Assembly: GCA_022750155.1 (NCBI GenBank)
Contig: JAKIWG010000006.1
Location: 14,339-78,338, forward strand
DNA: 64,000 nt
Direction: 5' to 3'
Origin: Thermoplasmata archaeon
GTDB taxonomy: Archaea > Thermoplasmatota > Thermoplasmata > Lutacidiplasmatales > UBA184
This document shows, piece after piece, positions 57,638 through 64,000 of this stretch. The notes under the pieces were generated by a model that had not been told where the DNA came from, did no database searches, and saw only the letters and a list, made by a program, of their open reading frames with translations. The stretch's first letter is position 1, and each line of letters begins with the position of its first letter. Position numbers and translations under genes: made by a program.

Positions 57638-59305
57638 ATGGCCTCCCCGCGGGGTACGACGTTCCGGTTCGGTTCGCGGCGGGTGTCGGTTCCCCCCTCA
57701 CGCTCCCTGCTCTCGGCGCTGATGGGCTCGCACCTGCCGATCCTGCAGCGGTCGATCCGCTACCATCGCCCGAGGGCCCCGTTCTGCGGGGTGGGGCAGT
57801 GCACGAACTGCCTGATCCGGGTCAACGGGATCCCCAACGTCCGGGCCTGCCGGTACGTTCCGAGCGACGGGGATTTCGTCGAGACCGAGAACTCGTGGCC
57901 GTCTCCCGCGGTCGACCTGCTCTCAGCGCTCGACGTCCTGCTCCCCGGGGGGATCGACACCCTTCGGGGATTCCGAAGGCCCGCGTGGGCCACCCCGCTC
58001 TACCACCGGGTCGTCCGGAGGCTCTCCGGGTACGGGCGCCTGGCCGATCCGGGCCAGGGGTCCCCGCCACCCGTGGGCTCACGCCACGACACCGACGTGG
58101 CGGTGATCGGTCTCGGGGTCGCCGGAGCCGCCGCGCTCCGGACCCTTCAGGAGCATGGGGCGAACGCCCTCGGGATCGAGCGGGGGTCGGTCGAGCCACT
58201 GCCTGGGACCCCCGTGCTGCCGGGGACGGCCGCGGCATTCCTTCCGCCGCCGGTGCCGGGACCGGCCCACCCCTGGCGAATCGTCTGCGTGGAGCGAGGG
58301 TCCCGAGGCGTGCAGGTTCGGGCCCGTGCGGTGGTCGTCGCGACCGGTGGCTACGATGCCGGGCTCTGGTTCTCCGGAAGCGACCGACCCGGGGTGATGA
58401 CCGCGGAGGGGGCCTTGTCGATGACCGGGAACGGGGGTCGGGGGGCGTTCCGCAAGGCGGTCGTGTTCGGCGGCGGCCCGCGCGCCGCCGACCTCCTCGA
58501 CCGGTGGGGCGCCCTCATCGAAGCCGTCGTCGCACCGGGGGCGGTCTCCCCCGAGGTGAGCGAGAAGGCCTCGGCGCTCGAGGTCCCGCTCTATCCTCGC
58601 ACCCTGTTGCTCGCCGCCCGAGGGCGCCGCCGCGTTCGCGCGGCCCTGCTGCGGTCCCGGGCCGAGGGGACCGAGTTCGCCGTCGAGGCCGACGCGATCA
58701 TCCTCGCCCACCGACGACTTCCGCACCCGCAGCTCTACTTCCAGGCCGGGGCGAAGATGGAGTGGCGCCACTCCGCGGCGGCGTATTTTCCGACCCTTCG
58801 CGAAGGTACCGAGACCAGCCTGCCGGGATTGTTCGCCTCGGGGGAGGGCGCGGGGTTCCTCGGGCCGACGGCGGTCGAGGCGAGCGGCGTGGCGGCGGCC
58901 CGGCAGGCGATGGGCATGCCGGCTCCCGCGATGGACGAAGGCTCCCGCGTGGACGCGACGGCGCCGAATGAGATCGAAGGGTACTATCGCGAGCTCCTCA
59001 CCGGACGTCGCGTCGGCGGCAAATGGGTCATCTGCCCGTGCGAGGACGTCCTCCTTTCGGAAGTGGAGGAGGCGCACGCGTTGGGGTACCGCGGGATCGA
59101 GGTCCTGAAGCGGTACACCGGGGTGGGGAGCGGCCTCTGCCAGGGTCGCTACTGCCTACCCGACACCCTCCTCCTGCTCGCCCGTCTGGAGCAGCGCCCG
59201 GCCCCGGAGGTCGGCTACATCACCCAGCGCCCGCCGGTCACGCCGTGGTCATTGTCGGCGTTCGCGACGCTCCCCGAGGACGGGGAACCCGAGGGTCCCG
59301 GATGA
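57638..59305 (+). CDS. Dye-linked L-proline dehydrogenase/sarcosine oxidase alpha-like subunit
   Basis: RSIRYHRPRAPFCGVGQCTNC...NVRAC (2Fe-2S); VIGLGVAG; VATGG; ICPCEDV...LKRYTGVGSGLCQGRYC; TQRPP. Confidence 0.88.
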   Translation: MASPRGTTFRFGSRRVSVPPSRSLLSALMGSHLPILQRSIRYHRPRAPFCGVGQCTNCLIRVNGIPNVRACRYVPSDGDFVETENSWPSPAVDLLSALDVLLPGGIDTLRGFRRPAWATPLYHRVVRRLSGYGRLADPGQGSPPPVGSRHDTDVAVIGLGVAGAAALRTLQEHGANALGIERGSVEPLPGTPVLPGTAAAFLPPPVPGPAHPWRIVCVERGSRGVQVRARAVVVATGGYDAGLWFSGSDRPGVMTAEGALSMTGNGGRGAFRKAVVFGGGPRAADLLDRWGALIEAVVAPGAVSPEVSEKASALEVPLYPRTLLLAARGRRRVRAALLRSRAEGTEFAVEADAIILAHRRLPHPQLYFQAGAKMEWRHSAAAYFPTLREGTETSLPGLFASGEGAGFLGPTAVEASGVAAARQAMGMPAPAMDEGSRVDATAPNEIEGYYRELLTGRRVGGKWVICPCEDVLLSEVEEAHALGYRGIEVLKRYTGVGSGLCQGRYCLPDTLLLLARLEQRPAPEVGYITQRPPVTPWSLSAFATLPEDGEPEGPG

Positions 59306-60468
59306 TGCCGCCCTCCCGGGAGCGGTACCACACCGTCGTCGTCGGGGCCGGCATCGTCGGCCTGTTCACCGCATACCATCTCGCCCGTGCGGGCGTTGGG
59401 CCTGTGCTCGTCGTCGACCGGGGATTCCTTTCCGGCGGCGCCTCGGGTCGAAACGGGGGGGGCGTCCGACAGCAGTGGGAGACCGCCGCCACGGTCCGCC
59501 TGGCCCGGGAATCCGTCGACGCGTACCGTCGCTTCGGCGGTGAGTTCGGCTACAACATCTGGTTCCGCCAGGGCGGATACCTGTTCCTCGCCGAGAGTCC
59601 GAACGAGCTCGAGCGGTTGCGCAGGGTGCGGACGGTGGTCGAGCGGGAGGGCCTCCGATCCCGGGAGCTGACCCGGTCGGAGATCCCTCGGTACGCGAAC
59701 GGGCTCGAGCTGGACGGGGTCGTCGGGGGGACCTTTCTCCAGAGCGACGGGACCCTCTACCCGTTCCCCGCGATCTGGGGGCTCTACGAGACGGTCCGGT
59801 CGCTCGGAGTCGAGGTCCTGCTCGGGGCCGAGGCCACCGGGGTCTCCGCGTCGCAGGGCAAGGTGCGGGGGCTCCACCTCGCCACGGGCCCGGTGGCGAC
59901 CGATGCGGTCGTCAACGCGGCCGGAGGCTGGTCCTCGGAGTTCTCCCGCCGCTGCGGCCTCGCCCCATCGAACACGCCGACCCGGCACGAGATCCTGGCC
60001 ACGGAGCCGCTCAAACCGTTCCTCGACCCGATGGTCGTGCGGCTTTCCGACGGGCTCTACTTCTCCCAGACGATGCGCGGGGAGATCGTGGGTGGGCTCA
60101 CTCTGTCCCACCCCCCCGGTACCGCCCCGGGAATGCCGAGCTCGGCGAGGTTCCTTCGGGCGATGTCCCGCGCGCTCACCCAGCTCGTCCCCCGCCTCGC
60201 CACCCTGGGGATCCTTCGGGCCTGGTCCGGCTTCTACGACGATACGCCGGACGGGTTGCCCCTGATCGGCGAAGACCCTCGGCTCATCGGGTTCTTCCAG
60301 GCGAACGGCTTCGGCGGACACGGGTTCATGCTCGCCCCCGCCTCGACCCGGCGCGTCGCCCAGGCGGTCCTCGGCCAACCGAGCGACCTGGACCCCGCGC
60401 TCTTCGGCCCCGGGAGATTCCTCGGCCCGCCCCGGGAGCGTCCCGTAGAGGGCGCGCAGCTCGGCTGA
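59302..60468 (+). CDS. FAD-dependent proline dehydrogenase/sarcosine oxidase beta-like subunit
   Basis: VVGAGIVG; GASGRNGGG; VNAAGGWS; RAWSGFYD.TPDG.P; GFGGHGFMLAP; ATGA coupling. Confidence 0.92.
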   Translation: MMPPSRERYHTVVVGAGIVGLFTAYHLARAGVGPVLVVDRGFLSGGASGRNGGGVRQQWETAATVRLARESVDAYRRFGGEFGYNIWFRQGGYLFLAESPNELERLRRVRTVVEREGLRSRELTRSEIPRYANGLELDGVVGGTFLQSDGTLYPFPAIWGLYETVRSLGVEVLLGAEATGVSASQGKVRGLHLATGPVATDAVVNAAGGWSSEFSRRCGLAPSNTPTRHEILATEPLKPFLDPMVVRLSDGLYFSQTMRGEIVGGLTLSHPPGTAPGMPSSARFLRAMSRALTQLVPRLATLGILRAWSGFYDDTPDGLPLIGEDPRLIGFFQANGFGGHGFMLAPASTRRVAQAVLGQPSDLDPALFGPGRFLGPPRERPVEGAQLG

Positions 60469-60517
60469 CCCACGCGCCCCCCAAGGGGTTTTCCGATGCC
60501 CCCGGCTCCCCGACCCG

Positions 60518-61852
60518 ATGGACCGTTCCCCGACCGAGCCGTTCTACGAGCCATTCCCCCGCTCGAGCGGTCCGCCGGCGAAGGGCCCCGACCCGGTCCA
60601 CCTGCTGGCGTACCGGGGTGCGGTCACGGGAGCTGACGCCTATCGCGCCGTCCGCTCCGCCGTCCGCGTCGAGGAGGGCGTCCTGCGGACCGGGAACCGG
60701 TTCGTCCCGGCGGACCGGTACCGGGAGATCGCGTTCGTCGCCGTGGGCCATGCGGCGCTCTCCTTCGCCCTCGGACTGTGCGACGCGTTGGGAGAGCGGT
60801 TGACCCAGGGGCTGGTGATCGGCCCCGACCCAATCCCGCCGGAGGTCCCCTTCCGTTCGATCCGCGTGGGGGACGGTTGGCCCGGATCGGTCGACGCCCA
60901 GGCGACATCGGAGTCGGTCCTTGAACTCGCGAGCGGTCTCGGGGAACGGGACCTCCTCCTCGTCGCCCTGTCCCCGGGCGCACTATGCCACCTCGCCCAG
61001 CCCCCGAACGGATGGACCGGGACGGCCTGGGCCGAGTGGCTGCGTCGTGCGAGCGAGAGCGGCGCGACCGGCGCCGAGGTGGCGAGCCTGGCCCGGCTCA
61101 GCGGCCGAGGGGCCGTCGCGGGCCGGGTCGCCCTCGCGGCCCGTGACGCGAGCGTGGTGACCCTCCTCCTCGAACGGGGCGACGGGGCCGCCGACGTCGG
61201 GGGGGGGCCGACCCTCCTTCCGACCTCTGTCGAGCGGGCGAGCGTCCGCGCGATGCTCGAACGGACCGGCCTATGGGCGAGGATGACCGCGGCGGAAACC
61301 GCCCCCTTTCTCGGCCCGGCCGCCCTGTCGCCGAAGCTCGGCGGTCAGGTCCGGCGCCCGGTCGTCGTCGCCACTCCGGCGGACGCGCTGCGCGGCGCGG
61401 CGGACTCGGTCGGCGAGAGGAAGTACATGCCGAGGCTCGCCGCGCTCAGCATCGCCGACCCCCCCGAGGCCGCGGCCGAACGGTTCCTGGCCCGCGTCGA
61501 ATCCGTGGTGGAGGAGAACCGTCCGGAGATGATCGACGCCGGTCGCAAGGGGATCGTGGCGTTCGCCGCGCTGACCCTCGGGCTCCCCGAAGGGGTCGAC
61601 GAGCAGCCGGCGTTCGAACGGTTCCTCGCCGCTGTCACCTCGAACCTCCGGCGCCGTGAGATGACCGTCTCGTTGCTTCGGACCGCGGGGTCGCCGTCAG
61701 GCCACCCGTCGCCCCCCGGCGCCGTCGTGGGGGGCACGGGCCCACGATCGGGGGAGCGCGCCGGCTCCGCCCGGCCGCTCCGTATGCGCTCGGGGATCAC
61801 CGACGTGGGACTGATCGCGGTGGCGCTCTCGCCCGCCTCGCCCGGCGGTTAG
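60518..61852 (+). CDS. Glycerate-2-kinase (DUF4147/MOFRL)-like protein, divergent
   Basis: AFVAVGHAA..FA; DLLLVALS; SGATGAEV; C-terminal SGITDVGL; canonical motifs altered. Confidence 0.65.
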   Translation: MDRSPTEPFYEPFPRSSGPPAKGPDPVHLLAYRGAVTGADAYRAVRSAVRVEEGVLRTGNRFVPADRYREIAFVAVGHAALSFALGLCDALGERLTQGLVIGPDPIPPEVPFRSIRVGDGWPGSVDAQATSESVLELASGLGERDLLLVALSPGALCHLAQPPNGWTGTAWAEWLRRASESGATGAEVASLARLSGRGAVAGRVALAARDASVVTLLLERGDGAADVGGGPTLLPTSVERASVRAMLERTGLWARMTAAETAPFLGPAALSPKLGGQVRRPVVVATPADALRGAADSVGERKYMPRLAALSIADPPEAAAERFLARVESVVEENRPEMIDAGRKGIVAFAALTLGLPEGVDEQPAFERFLAAVTSNLRRREMTVSLLRTAGSPSGHPSPPGAVVGGTGPRSGERAGSARPLRMRSGITDVGLIAVALSPASPGG

Positions 61853-61862
61853 GGAGGGTGGC

Positions 61863-63107
61863 GTGGCCCCGACCCCGGCCTCTCCGTCCCCGGGCGATGG
61901 ATACTGGTCGCTCCTACGCAACCGCAACTTCCGCTTCGTGTTCCTCTCGGGATCGGCCGGGGACACCGGCTACGCGGCCTACTCGATCGCGATCCTGTGG
62001 ATCGCCTACCGGGTCTCCGGAAGCCTCGCCGTCGCCGGACTCGTGCTCTTCGTGGAGTTCGGGGTCTACTCCATGTCCTTCCTGGTCGGGCCCGTGGTCG
62101 ACCGGGTGCGCGACCTCCGCAGCGTGCTTCTCGTCGGCTACCCGACCCAGGCGCTGCTCGCGTTCGTCGTCGGCCTCCTCCAGAGCGAGGGCCGGCTGAC
62201 GACGCCGACCCTGCTGCTGCTCGTGATCGCCCTCTCCGTCGTGTGGGATTTCACCTGGACCGCGACCCAGGCGATCCTCCCGAGGGTCGTTTCGGGAGAC
62301 GCCCTCTTTCGGGCCAACGGACTCTCCGGGGCGGTCAGCGGTGGAAACCAGATCGCCGGATTCGCGGCGGGCGCCGGGCTTCTCCTGATCGTCGGCCCGG
62401 CGGGCGCCACGTTCCTCTACGCCGCGCTCAACGTGGTCGCCGCGCTCCTGGCGATACCCATCCGCGCGGTCTCCGACTCGACCCCTTCGGCGGGCTACCT
62501 CGAGGAGATGGCCCAGGGGTGGCGATACCTCGCCGCGGGGGAAGGACGCCCGAGGTTGCAGCTCGTCACCTACGCTACCGCCCAGGGTTTCTTCAGCGCC
62601 GCCCCGGCGCTCCTCATCGCGCTGCTCGCCTCCCGGGAGTTCGCCGACCCGGTGTCGAGCTACGGGATCCTGTTCACCGCCTTCGGGATCGGTGGCGTCG
62701 TCGGGAGCCTCGGGCTCGGGCAGGTCAATCCTCGCCGACACCTCACCGCGCTACTGGTCGGGGTGGGAGTGGGAGAGGGTGTGCTCGTGCTCGCGGCGGT
62801 CGAGGTGGCGCCCGCGCTCCTGGCGAGCATTGCGGCGTGGTTTTGGGTCGGGGTGTTCGACGTCGGCTTCTACACCGCGTACGTGGTCTACTTCCAGGCG
62901 ACGGCCCCCGCGCCGATGGTGGCGCGCGCGCTGACGAACGCCTACTTCCCGAGGGGCGGCGCGCGGGCGGTGGGCGGACTGGTCGTCGGCGTGCTGGCCG
63001 TGACCCTCTCCCCGGTGGCCCTGGGCTCGCTCGTCGGCGGCGTGTTCGTCGCCATCGCGGTCCTCGGTCCGGCGCTGCTACCGGCCGTCCGTCGGCTCGG
63101 GTTCTGA
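61863..63107 (+). CDS. MFS transporter
   Basis: LLRNRNFR; GPVVDR; ILPRVV....LFRANG; about 12 TM segments. Confidence 0.92.
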   Translation: MAPTPASPSPGDGYWSLLRNRNFRFVFLSGSAGDTGYAAYSIAILWIAYRVSGSLAVAGLVLFVEFGVYSMSFLVGPVVDRVRDLRSVLLVGYPTQALLAFVVGLLQSEGRLTTPTLLLLVIALSVVWDFTWTATQAILPRVVSGDALFRANGLSGAVSGGNQIAGFAAGAGLLLIVGPAGATFLYAALNVVAALLAIPIRAVSDSTPSAGYLEEMAQGWRYLAAGEGRPRLQLVTYATAQGFFSAAPALLIALLASREFADPVSSYGILFTAFGIGGVVGSLGLGQVNPRRHLTALLVGVGVGEGVLVLAAVEVAPALLASIAAWFWVGVFDVGFYTAYVVYFQATAPAPMVARALTNAYFPRGGARAVGGLVVGVLAVTLSPVALGSLVGGVFVAIAVLGPALLPAVRRLGF

Positions 63108-63728
63108 ACCGGCCGGCGGGATGGGCGGGTCGCTGACCTGGAAGTGTCGCTTGAGGGACATGTACTCCTCGTAGGAGATCTGGCGACGGGCCCGGACGGC
63201 CCCGGCCTGCTTCACCGACTCGATCCGGTACAGGTGGACGAGCTCGGAGACCGGGCGAGGGGTCGTCGGGGTCCGGTCCTGGGCGAGCGGGGCGGCGGCC
63301 AGGGGCCGCTCGGTCACCGGCACCTCGCCCGCTCCGGAGGAGAACGCGCTTGAGCCCGGGGGGGAAGAGAGGGCCGGCCGTTCCAGGTAGTGCCGGAGGG
63401 TTTCGAACTCGGCGGGCGAAATCTCCCCCTCGTCCCTCAGCAGTTCGATGAGCTCGGGCTGACGAGGGCGATAGGTCTCCACCAGTTCGGAGAGGGGCCG
63501 GTCGCCGCCCCCCGACGTGGCGGGAGCGTTCCCGAGGGAACCCTCGAGCGCGTCGAGCTCCTCCTGGAGCCGACGGAGCAGGGCGGCCGATTCCTCCGCG
63601 GAATCGCCCCCCGAGGGAGTCGGGGTGGAACGCTTCGCCGATACTCGGAGGCGACGGGGTCCGCGACCCCTCGACCCCGCGATGTCGACCTCGAGCGAGA
63701 CCTCGATCTCGACGGGGTCGGGCGCCAT
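63078..63728 (-). CDS. Hypothetical protein with two internal helical (SHOCT-like) repeats
   Basis: RPLSELVETYR...GEISPAEFETLRHY and RPVSELVHLYR...RQISYEEYMSLKRHF. Confidence 0.72.
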   Translation of the reverse strand: MAPDPVEIEVSLEVDIAGSRGRGPRRLRVSAKRSTPTPSGGDSAEESAALLRRLQEELDALEGSLGNAPATSGGGDRPLSELVETYRPRQPELIELLRDEGEISPAEFETLRHYLERPALSSPPGSSAFSSGAGEVPVTERPLAAAPLAQDRTPTTPRPVSELVHLYRIESVKQAGAVRARRQISYEEYMSLKRHFQVSDPPIPPAGSEPEPTDGR

Positions 63729-64000
63729 GCCCCCCTCAGCCCCTTTTCGGGAAAACGTACGAGGGCCAAGGGGGGCCGTGTGGACGATGCCGGCCCCCGG
63801 ACCTCGGTGCTTGCTTACCTTGGGGAACCAACTCCACTAGGGGGAGTAAGTGTAGCCGAGTAACTATATATGGCCCGGGCGACTTGCACCCCCCGAGGAA
63901 GCCGATGCAGCATCCTGTTGCCCGTCACGTCCCGGCCGCCGGGCCGAACGATACCTGCGAAACCCAACTCTCGGGCCCGTGCCCCGTCCTCGCGGCCGTG

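Overview
High-GC archaeal chromosomal window. Archaeal origin is inferred from the CCA-less tRNA genes, class III pilin signals, the HPS-RraA fusion, AbrB-PhoU regulators and TATA-like promoters. The gene content resembles Thermoplasmata, but that placement is an inference. About 60 CDS and two tRNAs (Glu-TTC, Leu-CAG) are supported; no rRNA, CRISPR array, integrase or transposase was seen. Main highlights: (1) two paralogous gene pairs, each an extracellular PKD (one with Kelch) single-TM protein coupled to a PKD-PKD-TM-winged-helix protein, a candidate archaeal ToxRS-like transmembrane signalling system; (2) a type IV pilus locus (25.9-35.3 kb) with PhoU, ExeA-like and FlaH-like NTPases, a pilin, two TadC proteins, a FlaI/TadA ATPase and a PstS carrying a pilin-type signal peptide, a candidate phosphate bindosome with a shared promoter motif; (3) two 46-nt repeats derived from the tRNA-Glu 3' end that bracket a vapBC cassette; (4) a PrgI-like/VirB4-like module at the left edge; (5) a triple TTAG-N4-CTAA operator, a deletion scar, structured tRNA-trailing regions and several probable pseudo-enzymes. 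All calls come from motif reading only; no database searches were run.
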